DNA of 63,619 bases, counting the filler. It is 4 parts of 4 records of this genome, joined end to end, with 100 filler letters (N's around TTAATTAATTAA, not from the genome) between each part and the next. Parts side by side here need not be neighbours in the genome. Positions count along the whole stretch, not along the records: positions 1 to 21,863 come from SRR31156797_9983; 3 more parts are not named here. One strand, given 5' to 3'. A program made the translations under genes and the position numbers. The notes beneath the pieces were generated by a model. That model made no database searches, was not told the origin of the DNA, and worked only from the letters and a program-made list of their open reading frames with translations. The first letter of the stretch is position 1. The number at the start of each line of letters is the position of its first letter. This document shows, in pieces, positions 1-9,807 of the stretch.

Positions 1-30
1 CTAAACTCGTAACTCTAAACTCGTAACTCT
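1..30. repeat. 14-bp tandem repeat CTAAACTCGTAACT x2 (may extend beyond the window edge)
   Basis: Read directly: ctaaactcgtaact ctaaactcgtaact ct. Confidence 0.7.
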
Positions 31-50
31 TAACGCCCAACTATTCACAG

Positions 51-854
51 CTATATCAGTGTTAAAATTCCTTCTTCGGCCAGTTTTTTTACAGATTCGT
101 TGGTGCTGTTATCGTCAATGATCTGTTTCATTTTGTCCACAGCCCGTGTATCATTCATTTCAACAAGCATATTGATGAGCGAAATCTGAATTATCGGATC
201 CGTTTGGATGGAAAGTGATTCTACCAGCGCATCCGAAACCATGGTTTCATTCCTGAATTTTGCGAGCGCATTCATGGCTGCCATTCTCACATTGGAGTTT
301 TTATCGGTGTTCATGGTCTCGATCAAGGCTCTGAGCACATCTTCATCGGGCGCGTTCACCTCGTTGAGGTAGCTGGTGGCGATGATCCTTTCGCTGGCCA
401 CGGGCTGCTGAAGTTTTGATAGGATAAGCAACTCTTTCATGCTTTTCATTTCCTGTTGTAGTTCAGTCACTTCCACGCCTGAACCATTGTTTTTACCAAA
501 CTGTGAACCTATCAGGATACCTGTGATCAGCATAGCAACAGCTGCTGCAATTTGCATCCAGTTTGTACGGATTCTGTTTTGACGGCTGGTTTGCATGGTC
601 GCTTTTTTGCCTGTTTGAACTGCTTTTTCCCGCTCCAGCATTTCTCTGAAGTTCTGTTTAAGGCGTTCATCGGGCAATTCATTTTCCACCTTTTCCATCT
701 CACCGAATAATACTACCAGCCCATCCAGCTCTTCACGGCATTTGCTGCACGTTTTTACATGTTGGCTAACCAGGCGGGTTTTATCACCATCCAGGATTTT
801 GTCCACAAAATCGATGAGTAACGGTTGTATATTTTTACATTTTTCCATGGTCAT
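51..854 (-). CDS. Anti-sigma factor: N-terminal zf-HC2 (ZAS) motif, TM helix, C-terminal HEAT-repeat domain
   Basis: HVKTCSKC (HxxxCxxC) motif; hydrophobic WMQIAAAVAMLITGILIG helix; HEAT-like NSNVRMAAMNAL repeats; immediately downstream of the ECF sigma gene; start ATG 854 or 848. Confidence 0.85.
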   Translation of the reverse strand: MTMEKCKNIQPLLIDFVDKILDGDKTRLVSQHVKTCSKCREELDGLVVLFGEMEKVENELPDERLKQNFREMLEREKAVQTGKKATMQTSRQNRIRTNWMQIAAAVAMLITGILIGSQFGKNNGSGVEVTELQQEMKSMKELLILSKLQQPVASERIIATSYLNEVNAPDEDVLRALIETMNTDKNSNVRMAAMNALAKFRNETMVSDALVESLSIQTDPIIQISLINMLVEMNDTRAVDKMKQIIDDNSTNESVKKLAEEGILTLI

Positions 855-855
855 T

Positions 856-1401
856 TTATGCAATTTGAAAATATATTTCTTTGAGTTTTTTGATGGCCCT
901 GTGAGCCTTCACTTTTACTGCAGGCACCGAACTCCCTGTAATTTTTGAAATTTCCTCGTATTTTAAACCCTGGAAGCGACTCAGTTCAATCACCTCTTTT
1001 TGATCTATAGGCAGTTGATCGAGGGCTTCCTTTAAAATTTCCTTCCGCTCTGCGTCTTCCATTTCGTCCAGTGCATCGCGGTCGTACCCTTTCAATGATT
1101 CCACATCATTATAATCGGAGCTGAGGTAGCGGTTTTTGTTGTAATGATCAATATGAACATTTCGCGCCAATTTATAAATCCAGGATTTGAAAGCCTGTCG
1201 TTCATCATAGCTGTTCCGGTATTTTAGAATCCTGCTAAAAACGTTTTGAGTCATATCCCGGCTAGATTCCCTGTCGTGTGTCATCCGCAGAAAGAAATTG
1301 TACATCTTCACATGATACTTTTCAAAGAGCGGGCTTAGGGCTTCCAAATCGCCTTCTTTCACGGCTTGCATTAATTCTTCGTCTGTACTGAATAATTTCA
1401 C
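856..1401 (-). CDS. ECF RNA polymerase sigma-70 factor
   Basis: Region 2 (DMTQNVF...FKSWIYKLARN) and region 4 (LPIDQKEVIELSRFQGLKYEEISKITGSSVPAVKVKAHRA), 181 aa. Confidence 0.95.
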   Translation of the reverse strand: MKLFSTDEELMQAVKEGDLEALSPLFEKYHVKMYNFFLRMTHDRESSRDMTQNVFSRILKYRNSYDERQAFKSWIYKLARNVHIDHYNKNRYLSSDYNDVESLKGYDRDALDEMEDAERKEILKEALDQLPIDQKEVIELSRFQGLKYEEISKITGSSVPAVKVKAHRAIKKLKEIYFQIA

Positions 1402-1427
1402 CTGCGATTAATTTGCTATTTGATAAT

Positions 1428-1456
1428 GATTACTGATGTTTTTTAAAAAGGTTACA
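1428..1456 (-). promoter_or_regulatory. Putative autoregulatory ECF promoter TGTAACC-N16-GTAATC
   Basis: Minus strand reads tgtaacc tttttaaaaaacatca gtaatc just upstream of the sigma gene; an AAC-containing -35 is typical of ECF promoters. Confidence 0.4.
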
Positions 1457-1807
1457 CAAAGTAGAAAAAAAATTCATCCAATCAAACCATTTGCTGATTT
1501 TCGATATTTATAATTAATTCTAAACCCTTTGCGGTCAGGTATATTGAAGTTGTATAATACATATTCAATCTAAATAGATTAATAACCGTTTAAAAATAAA
1601 TGTTTTATAAAGGTGATATTTCCTCTGGCCAAAACATGAAGGGCACCAATGTTTGATTTCTGGCTATTAAATGCATAATTTTAACCTGTCAAAAGGGGAC
1701 ACAAGACAAATCTTCCAGCAAAAAAAGAAAAGCATTGAAATACATGTACAGGGAAAATTATGTTCAGGCAGAGCCAAATACAATCAAATATTTAACTAAC
1801 TAAACAA

Positions 1808-4800
1808 ATGATGAAAAATCTTTACAGGAATTTATTGCTAACGGCCGCATTACTTTTTACCGGCCAGGTTTTGCTGTCGCAAGTTGTATCATACGCTGAT
1901 AGCTGGGGCAGCCAGGGGATTACAGTTCAAAAAAACAACACCAGTGGTGTCAATCTGAATTATTCTATCAACGAATTTTCATTGGTTGACCAGCATGTTG
2001 ATGGTGCTGAAATGAAGACCGTTTTATTGCCTGATGTGTATTTGCCAAACGATGAAGGGGCACCGAACCTTCCCGGTATGAGTCGCTACATCATGATACC
2101 GGAGGGTGCTGAGGTAAAAGTTAATTTGAAGTCGAGCAGGGTGGAAAGCATGAAAAATATTGATATTGCACCTGCTCCACGAATTCCGCTGGATACCGAG
2201 GATGGCCCGATGCTCTTTTCGAAAGACCAGTCGATCTATTCAGCAAATGCCTTTTATCCGGCTGAAACTGTGTTGGTATCTGAACCCATGCAAATCCGTG
2301 GTGTGGACGTTGTGATGTTGGGCATTACACCTTTTCAATACAATCCGGTTACAAAGGAATTATTGGTTTACCGCGACCTCGAAATTGAAGTTGTATTTGA
2401 AGGCGGAACAAAAACTGTTGGCGAGGACAGACTTCGCAGCCGCTGGTGGGATCAGATCATTTACAATACAGTGCTGAATGCTGATATTCTTCCCGAAATG
2501 GATTATAACAAACAATCGATGGCACCATCAGATTCACCGGATTTTGAATACATCATTATCACACCTGACGATCCCACATTCCTGGCATGGGCTGATTCAA
2601 TCAGGAATTTCAGGATGTTACAGGGAATTTATACCGGTATTGTTACGACCTCGGAAATTGGTGGTAATACCGTTTCGGCCATCGAAAGCTATGTGGACAA
2701 TGCCTACAATTCGTGGACGGTTGCACCATCGGCAGTTTTGCTCCTGGGTGATTACGGTACTTCCGGCTCCACGGTTACTTCGCAGTTCTTTACACACCCG
2801 GCCGGATACCCGGATTTTGTTTCGGATAACCAGTTTGCCGATGTGGATGGTGACGACCTGCCCGATATTGCTTTTGCCAGGATCACTGCAAATAATGCAT
2901 CTCAACTCGAAGTAATGATCACCAAGTTTTTGGATTATGAACGTAACCCGCCCACAAATGCTGATTTCTACGACCATCCGATTACTGCGCTGGGCTGGCA
3001 AACTGAACGTTGGTTCCAGATATGTTCAGAAGTTGTGGGTGGCTATCTAAAAAATGTACAGGGAAAAAATCCCGTAAGGATCAATGCAGTTTATTCAGGG
3101 AGTCCGACCAGCGACCCATGGTCAACGGCAACAAATACTTCTACTGTTATGAATTATTTTGGCCCCAACGGCCTGGGATATATTCCGGCCACTCCACAAG
3201 AACTGGGAGGCTTTAGCGGAGGTTCAGCCACCGATGTTGCCAATGCCATTAACAATGGTTCCTACATGCTACAACACCGCGACCATGGATATTATGGTGG
3301 CTGGGGAGAACCTGCATTCAGCACCACCTCGATAAACGCATTGACTAATGTAAACAATGAGCTGCCTTTTATCTTTTCCATCAATTGCCAGACCGGGGCT
3401 TTTCATCGCTCCACTGAATCGTTTGCCGAAAAGTTCCACCGCTATACCTACAATGGTCAAAACAGTGGTGCATTGGGTCTTCTTGCAGCTACGGAAGTTT
3501 CATATTCATTTGTTAATGATACCTATGTTTGGGGGGTTTTTGATAACATGCATCCGGATTTTATGCCGGATAAATCCACGCAGTTTCCGGTGAGTTATGC
3601 GATGCCAGCCTTTGGCAACGCTGCCGGTAAGCACTTTTTGGCACAGTCTAGCTGGCCCTACAATACAAGCAGCAAACAAATTACCTATCGATTGTTCCAC
3701 CACCATGGTGATGCATTCCTGACGATGTACACGGAGGTTCCCCAAAATCTTGCTGTCAATCATTCCGGCATATTGCAGGCTGCTTCTACTACATTTACTG
3801 TAGATGCTGATGCAGAATCATTAATTGCACTAACCATTAACGGAGATATTGTAGCAACAGCTGACGGAACAGGTTCACCGCTGGATATTTCAATACCACA
3901 GCAGAATCCCGGCGATGTAATGGTGGTTACCGTTACCAAACAAAACTATTTCCGTTATTCAGCCAATGTTGATGTGGTTTCCTCAGGATTGTTTGCACAG
4001 TTTTATGCTGATCAAACCAGCATATGTTCTGGCGGATCTGTAAATTTTACTGATGATTCTTATGGTGATGTTACCTCTTGGAACTGGTCATTCCCCGGTG
4101 GTACACCATCTTCATACAACGGGCAATATCCGCCTGTGGTCAGTTACGCAACACCAGGATCTTATGATGTTGCGCTTACCGTAAGTGATGGTTCATCAAA
4201 CGATACACAAACCAAAACAGGGTATATCACGGTGAATAGCCTGGTTGCTGATTTTACCGGAACTCCAACAACTTTGGCCATCGGAAGCGCAGTATATTTT
4301 ACAGATAATTCAACCTGCAACCCAACTTCCTGGAACTGGTCTTTCCCCGGGGGAACACCATCCACATCTACGGCCCAAAATCCCGTAGTGACCTACAATA
4401 CGGCTGGGGTATACCAGGTAAGTCTTACTGCCTCAAATGGATCTGGCAGTGATACTGAAACCAGGGCCGGTTACATAACTGTAAGCGAAGTACCGTTGAA
4501 TTATTGCAGCTCACAGGGAAATACTTATTCTTATGAGTGGATCGGCCAGGTTGATTTTGATGATTTCTCGAACTCATCAGGAGCCGCCGGCTATACTGAT
4601 TTCACAAACCTTGAGGTGGATTTAACTGCCGGCGCCAGTGTTGATGTAACCCTTACTCCGGCATTTGCAAGTGCAACATACGTAGAATACTGGCGCATCT
4701 GGATTGATTACAACCGTGATGGTGACTTTGAAGATGCTAATGAACAGGTTTTTGCACCGGGATCGAGCACAACCGTGGTCAGTGGAAGTTTTAATGTTTT

Positions 4801-7800
4801 GGCCTCTGCCATTGGTAAAACCAGGATGCGTGTAACGATGAAATACAACGGCGTGCCTACTTCCTGCGAAACATTCAGCTATGGTGAGGTTGAGGATTAT
4901 ACCGTTAATTTCAGTTCTGCTTCACCTCCGGTTGCTGATTTCATTGCAGGGGCAACAACCATTTTAGAGGGCAAAACAGTGGATTTTACCGATTTGACAA
5001 CAAATACACCAACTAGCTGGACATGGACTTTTGAAGGTGGCGATCCAGCTTCTTCCACGGCTCAAAACCCAGGTGTGACCTATAATACATCGGGTGTTTA
5101 CGATGTTTCTCTCACAGCAGGTAACGTTGCGGGTTCTGATACAGAGACCAAAACAAGCTATATCACCGTGGTTCCTATGCCAGGCTGTGCAGGCGTTGTT
5201 GCTCCTACAGATGGGCAAACCGGCGTTGGCCTGGAAGCTGATTTGCAATGGAACGCCGCTACAAATGCTTCAGGCTATAAATTATTCCTGGGTACCGATA
5301 ATCCACCAACCAACCTGGTGGATGGTGTGGATTTGGGAGATGTACTTACATTTGATCCGGGAACGCTGGATTATGAAACTACCTATTACTGGAATCTGGT
5401 TTCTTACAATAATTATGGGGAACGACAGGATTGTGATGTGTGGTCATTTACAACAGAAATTGAACCCGTTCTTCCACCGGTATGTGCGACCCTTGTAAGT
5501 CCGGCAAATGGAGCAACAGGAACATTAATTACAGCCGATCTTGATTGGGGTGAAGTGGCAGAAGCCGATGGTTACAAAATTTTCTTTGGAACGGACAATC
5601 CACCGACCAACATCGAAAATGGAACTGATCTCGGGGCGGCTACATTATACAACCCATCTGGTGATCTGGCTTATTCAACAACCTATTACTGGAAAGTCGT
5701 AGCTTACAATGCGGGTGGTGATGCAACGGGTTGTTCAACATGGTCTTTCACATCTGAGGATGAACCCATTCCGCCACCTGCCTGCGTTACGCTCGTTTCA
5801 CCGGCCGATATGGCTGTAAATGTGTCGGTAACTGAAGTTCTCAACTGGAATGCCGCCCCCGATGCAACTGGCTATAAACTGAGCCTGGGGTCGGATAATC
5901 CACCCACCAACCTGATAAATAATACAGACCTCGGCAATGTCACAACTTTCGATCCGGTTGGTATCCTGGGTTACGGGACAACCTACTATTGGCAGGTAAT
6001 GGCTTACAACGATGGCGGTGACGCCACCGGATGTGCTGTTTGGTCATTCAGCACTGAGGTATTGCCCCCGGTGGCAAACTTTACTTCAAATTCAACCACA
6101 GTATTTGAGGGTGAATCAGTAACCTTCACCGATCTTTCTTCCAATAATCCAACCTCATGGGAATGGTCCTTTACAGGAGGTGACCCAGCCTCAAGCACAG
6201 AGCAAAACCCAACCATAGTATATCCAACTGCAGGAGTTTATTCAGTTTCATTGATCGCTGCCAATGACGGAGGATCTGATCAGATAATCAAAACAGATTA
6301 CATCACGGTGAATGTAAAACCACCTGTTACAGATTTTACGGCCAGTGCAACCTATGTTATGGTAGGTGAAAGCGTTGACTTTACGGATCTTTCAACCGAA
6401 AACCCAACTTCATGGGAATGGACTTTTGATGGAGGCACACCTGCGACAAGTAATCTTCAAAATCCAACTATAACTTACAGTTCACCTGGTTTATATGATG
6501 TTATCCTTACTGCGACAAATGCAGGAGGATCGGACACCGAAACCAAAACCGGCTATATTGAAGTGTGGGATGGTAGTGTAAACTATTGTACAGCAGGGGG
6601 ATCGAACTGGTCAACAGAATGGATCTCAAGGGTTGATTTTGGTAGTTTCAGCAACTCTTCCGGTGCCGCCGGGTATAGTGATTTCACATCGCAAATAATT
6701 AATGTTGAAGGCGGGCTAACTTACAATGTTGTTCTGTACCCCACGTTCTCCGGTAAATCGAGGCGTGAGTTCTGGCGGGTTTGGATAGATTACAATAATG
6801 ATGGTGACTTTACCGATTACGATGAAGAGGTTGTTGCTGCTGATGCAAAGAAAAACCAGGTAAATGCCACGGTAACCATTCCTTCAGGAATGAGTGGCCA
6901 AACCAGAATGCGGGTTGCCATGAAATACCAGTTTGCGCCAACATCATGCGAGAACTTTAGCTATGGCGAGGTGGAAGACTACACCATTAATGTTGGCGCT
7001 CCGGTTCCACAGCCACCTGTCGCAGCATTTTCGGCTGACCAGACCAGCATTGCTCCTGGGGGTTCAATACAGTTTACCGATGAATCATCAAATAACCCAA
7101 CATCATGGAGTTGGTCTTTCTCCGGTGGTACACCAGCTTCCAGCACTGATCAAAATCCTGTAGTTGTATATGATGGCGTAGGCACATTCGATGTAACGCT
7201 GACAGCAACAAATGATGAGGGTTCGGATGTGCTCACCAAATCAGGCTACATTGTGGTTGCAGATAATCCGGTTAACTATTGTGAATCATATGGCCAGAGC
7301 AATGCTGTGGAATGGATTAGCGGAGTCACAATAGGCTCATTTTACAATTCATCTGGAGCTGCCGGATACAGTGATTTCACTGGATCAGTAGTTCCTCTTA
7401 GTCCTGGAGCCTCAAGTTCGGCTACACTTGTACCAGGCTATTCCGGTAAGGACGAACGGGAGTTTTGGAGAATCTGGATCGATTTCAATGGCGATTTTGA
7501 TTTTGAAGACGCAGACGAAACTGTACTTGTTGCCAATAATAAAAAGGGAACATTTTCCGGAAACATTACCATTCCATCTTATGCAACCGGGCAGACACGT
7601 ATGCGTGTAAGCATGAAAGGCGGCGGATCACCAACCTCATGCGAAATATTTCCAGGTGGCGAGGTTGAGGATTACACCGTTGATTTTGGTGCAAAAGGCG
7701 CACTTGGCATAACTGATCCGGGAAGTTTGCATTCATCTGTTTATCCAAATCCTGCAGGATCAACGGTAAACATTTTTGCGTCATCAACTCAAACAACCGT

Positions 7801-7954
7801 TAAAATGTATGATATGCATGGCAAACTTATTAAAGCTTTTGACATGGAAGGTTTGGAGATTGAGGTTGATATTAGCGATTTGAATCAGGGGCTTTACATG
7901 ATCGAGTTCATTTCATCTGAGGGCATTCGCTTTGAAAAATTAATTAAACAATAA
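1808..7954 (+). CDS. T9SS-secreted gingipain-like C25 cysteine peptidase with 6 PKD, 3 GEVED and 3 FnIII-like domains
   Basis: Signal peptide; C25 propeptide (GAPNLP, PFQYNPVTKEL); catalytic HRDHG and SINCQTG motifs; Ig C25_C (VTKQNY); PKD repeats (SWxWxFxGG); GEVEDY motifs; CTD (VYPNP...KLIKQ). Confidence 0.92.
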   Translation: MMKNLYRNLLLTAALLFTGQVLLSQVVSYADSWGSQGITVQKNNTSGVNLNYSINEFSLVDQHVDGAEMKTVLLPDVYLPNDEGAPNLPGMSRYIMIPEGAEVKVNLKSSRVESMKNIDIAPAPRIPLDTEDGPMLFSKDQSIYSANAFYPAETVLVSEPMQIRGVDVVMLGITPFQYNPVTKELLVYRDLEIEVVFEGGTKTVGEDRLRSRWWDQIIYNTVLNADILPEMDYNKQSMAPSDSPDFEYIIITPDDPTFLAWADSIRNFRMLQGIYTGIVTTSEIGGNTVSAIESYVDNAYNSWTVAPSAVLLLGDYGTSGSTVTSQFFTHPAGYPDFVSDNQFADVDGDDLPDIAFARITANNASQLEVMITKFLDYERNPPTNADFYDHPITALGWQTERWFQICSEVVGGYLKNVQGKNPVRINAVYSGSPTSDPWSTATNTSTVMNYFGPNGLGYIPATPQELGGFSGGSATDVANAINNGSYMLQHRDHGYYGGWGEPAFSTTSINALTNVNNELPFIFSINCQTGAFHRSTESFAEKFHRYTYNGQNSGALGLLAATEVSYSFVNDTYVWGVFDNMHPDFMPDKSTQFPVSYAMPAFGNAAGKHFLAQSSWPYNTSSKQITYRLFHHHGDAFLTMYTEVPQNLAVNHSGILQAASTTFTVDADAESLIALTINGDIVATADGTGSPLDISIPQQNPGDVMVVTVTKQNYFRYSANVDVVSSGLFAQFYADQTSICSGGSVNFTDDSYGDVTSWNWSFPGGTPSSYNGQYPPVVSYATPGSYDVALTVSDGSSNDTQTKTGYITVNSLVADFTGTPTTLAIGSAVYFTDNSTCNPTSWNWSFPGGTPSTSTAQNPVVTYNTAGVYQVSLTASNGSGSDTETRAGYITVSEVPLNYCSSQGNTYSYEWIGQVDFDDFSNSSGAAGYTDFTNLEVDLTAGASVDVTLTPAFASATYVEYWRIWIDYNRDGDFEDANEQVFAPGSSTTVVSGSFNVLASAIGKTRMRVTMKYNGVPTSCETFSYGEVEDYTVNFSSASPPVADFIAGATTILEGKTVDFTDLTTNTPTSWTWTFEGGDPASSTAQNPGVTYNTSGVYDVSLTAGNVAGSDTETKTSYITVVPMPGCAGVVAPTDGQTGVGLEADLQWNAATNASGYKLFLGTDNPPTNLVDGVDLGDVLTFDPGTLDYETTYYWNLVSYNNYGERQDCDVWSFTTEIEPVLPPVCATLVSPANGATGTLITADLDWGEVAEADGYKIFFGTDNPPTNIENGTDLGAATLYNPSGDLAYSTTYYWKVVAYNAGGDATGCSTWSFTSEDEPIPPPACVTLVSPADMAVNVSVTEVLNWNAAPDATGYKLSLGSDNPPTNLINNTDLGNVTTFDPVGILGYGTTYYWQVMAYNDGGDATGCAVWSFSTEVLPPVANFTSNSTTVFEGESVTFTDLSSNNPTSWEWSFTGGDPASSTEQNPTIVYPTAGVYSVSLIAANDGGSDQIIKTDYITVNVKPPVTDFTASATYVMVGESVDFTDLSTENPTSWEWTFDGGTPATSNLQNPTITYSSPGLYDVILTATNAGGSDTETKTGYIEVWDGSVNYCTAGGSNWSTEWISRVDFGSFSNSSGAAGYSDFTSQIINVEGGLTYNVVLYPTFSGKSRREFWRVWIDYNNDGDFTDYDEEVVAADAKKNQVNATVTIPSGMSGQTRMRVAMKYQFAPTSCENFSYGEVEDYTINVGAPVPQPPVAAFSADQTSIAPGGSIQFTDESSNNPTSWSWSFSGGTPASSTDQNPVVVYDGVGTFDVTLTATNDEGSDVLTKSGYIVVADNPVNYCESYGQSNAVEWISGVTIGSFYNSSGAAGYSDFTGSVVPLSPGASSSATLVPGYSGKDEREFWRIWIDFNGDFDFEDADETVLVANNKKGTFSGNITIPSYATGQTRMRVSMKGGGSPTSCEIFPGGEVEDYTVDFGAKGALGITDPGSLHSSVYPNPAGSTVNIFASSTQTTVKMYDMHGKLIKAFDMEGLEIEVDISDLNQGLYMIEFISSEGIRFEKLIKQ

Positions 7955-7967
7955 CTTAACTTCATTT

Positions 7968-8004
7968 AAAAATCCGGTGAGCGAAAGTTCACCGGATTTT
8001 TTTT
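7968..8004 (+). terminator. Rho-independent terminator
   Basis: aaaaatccggtgagc-gaaa-gttcaccggattttttt hairpin with T tract after the C25 stop. Confidence 0.85.
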
Positions 8005-8214
8005 ACCCGGAAATCAATTATTCTTTTTCGGAGTGTTGATTAATGCAATTATTTCTAGGCATTGAAACTTGGCGACTCCCAAAAAAAAATAGCCGTTAAG
8101 AAAAAATTAACTTCTTATTCAGATCATCAGCACCTTCTACATTCTCCAAAGGGAACCGCCTTGTGATCATACTCTAAATAGCTCACTTTAATTTATTCAA
8201 TAGCTTATCAAGCA

Positions 8215-8715
8215 TCAGGTAAAGATTATTTGTGTTCCCTGTCCGCCTGCTTTCTCATAAAACTCGCCAACTGTAAGTACATCCATTACTTCATCGTGTA
8301 AATCCTCTTTTTTGAGTTTAAACATATCCATGGCCAATTTGCATGCATATATCTCTCCACCACCTGCCGTTATCATTTCAAGAAATTCGTCAACAGTAGG
8401 TATGTCCAGCTTTTCCATCTGTGATTTCATCATCGCTGATACTCCAGCTTCAACTCCTGGAATTGCTCCTAAAAGTGTGGGGAATGGTAAACCACCAGGC
8501 ATACGCATGGCCGGGTTTCCAACCGTTGCTGTTTTGAGTTTTTTCATTTGCTTCTTGGTAATTGCATCAAGTCCGAAAAAGGTAAAGAATAACTTCGCTT
8601 CCATACCTTCCATTACTGCACCATTTGTTAAAACCAAAGATGCGTAAACATCTTCAATATTTCCTTTTGCACAGATGACGCAAACTTTTTTTAGAGGAAA
8701 ATCTTTTTCACTCAT
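8215..8715 (-). CDS. DsrE/DsrF/DrsH-like (DrsE_2) sulfurtransferase
   Basis: LFFTFFGL motif and conserved YACK cysteine; last gene of the sqr operon. Confidence 0.85.
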   Translation of the reverse strand: MSEKDFPLKKVCVICAKGNIEDVYASLVLTNGAVMEGMEAKLFFTFFGLDAITKKQMKKLKTATVGNPAMRMPGGLPFPTLLGAIPGVEAGVSAMMKSQMEKLDIPTVDEFLEMITAGGGEIYACKLAMDMFKLKKEDLHDEVMDVLTVGEFYEKAGGQGTQIIFT

Positions 8716-8777
8716 AATAGTAATTGTTAATTCTTAATTTGTGCTAATTCCTTTAGTTAAAACCTCTTCTATTAATT

Positions 8778-9089
8778 TTATACGCAACTTGTAGGTTTGT
8801 GTATGCCTGCAATTTTCGATGCCTTTTTCAGTGGCCCGCCAGGGAAAAGTTTATAAAACTGTTTAATATCAATAATCCCGGATTTTCCTACCGAACGGAT
8901 TGTGATATTATCACCGGATTCCGATTTGCTGCGAAGAAAATCGAGCACGGCAAAATGTGTTTCTGTGAGCTCAATGCCTTCCTCCTTTGCCAAATCAGAA
9001 GCAACATCTTTGTTCCAGTCGGCTGCTGAAACAAGATAACCTTCAGTGTTTACCTCAATCGATTTTCCGCCTAATGTTTTAGTACCCAT
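8778..9089 (-). CDS. TusE/DsrC-family sulfur relay protein with a single C-terminal Cys
   Basis: EGYL...W, LTETHFAVLDFLR, LFPGGP...KIAGIHKPTSCV; the DsrC CysB position is Ser; likely start ATG 9089. Confidence 0.9.
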   Translation of the reverse strand: MGTKTLGGKSIEVNTEGYLVSAADWNKDVASDLAKEEGIELTETHFAVLDFLRSKSESGDNITIRSVGKSGIIDIKQFYKLFPGGPLKKASKIAGIHKPTSCV

Positions 9090-9102
9090 AATTGTTTTGT
9101 TT

Positions 9103-9795
9103 TTAGTGAGATATTGTATTGGTATTTTCAATACTTGTTTTTGTTAAATTCTTTAGAAATACAACCATAAATCCGATCCCTTTTTTCATTTCCGGTGATC
9201 TGGTCTCTCGCAGCATTTTGAAAAGGCTGTATTCCGGAACATCTTCCATGTCCATACTTTTAAATACAGTAAGGGCATTGTTCATTGCTTTAAGAACATC
9301 CGGTTGGGTAAGGCTTTTGATGGCTTCCAGTATAGTGACCACATTGTCTGCCAGTAGCTTTACATCTTCAGGAGTGAAACTCGTCACGATATTGTCAAAA
9401 ATGCTGGTGGCTTCCTTAAGGAAATCGAAATAACCCTTTTGTTCAAGGGTGTGCATCGTTTTGGTAAAGTCTATGATGATTTCGTTGGTAACCGGCTGTA
9501 AATCCTTCATGAGATCACTCATGCTTTCGAATAATGCCAGCATACCATGGAAGTTATTTACATTTTTGAGAAGTTTGATAAGAAATATCTTCATCTGCTC
9601 CGGGTCTATCTCAACAGAATGCTCTTCGAGATCCGAAACAGCTGAATTGTATGCATCCTTCCCAATTATAGAAACATCGGAGAGCAGATCTTCGATTGAT
9701 TCTGATTTCAATCGTTGCTGATTAACATGACCCAATACCAGATCGAGCTTATGATTGATTTCGTTGATTTGGTCTTGCAAGTTGGCCTCGTTCAT
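9103..9795 (-). CDS. DUF1641 domain-containing protein
   Basis: C-terminal SLFKMLRETRSPEMKKGIGFMVVFLKNL motif; helical; lies directly after sqr. Confidence 0.8.
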   Translation of the reverse strand: MNEANLQDQINEINHKLDLVLGHVNQQRLKSESIEDLLSDVSIIGKDAYNSAVSDLEEHSVEIDPEQMKIFLIKLLKNVNNFHGMLALFESMSDLMKDLQPVTNEIIIDFTKTMHTLEQKGYFDFLKEATSIFDNIVTSFTPEDVKLLADNVVTILEAIKSLTQPDVLKAMNNALTVFKSMDMEDVPEYSLFKMLRETRSPEMKKGIGFMVVFLKNLTKTSIENTNTISH

Positions 9796-9807
9796 AATTT
9801 TATCCAA

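Noticed and set aside
8778-9089. True DsrC indicating dissimilatory sulfite reduction
   Set aside because: Only the terminal Cys is present (the CysB position is Ser) and no dsrAB or dsrMK is on the contig
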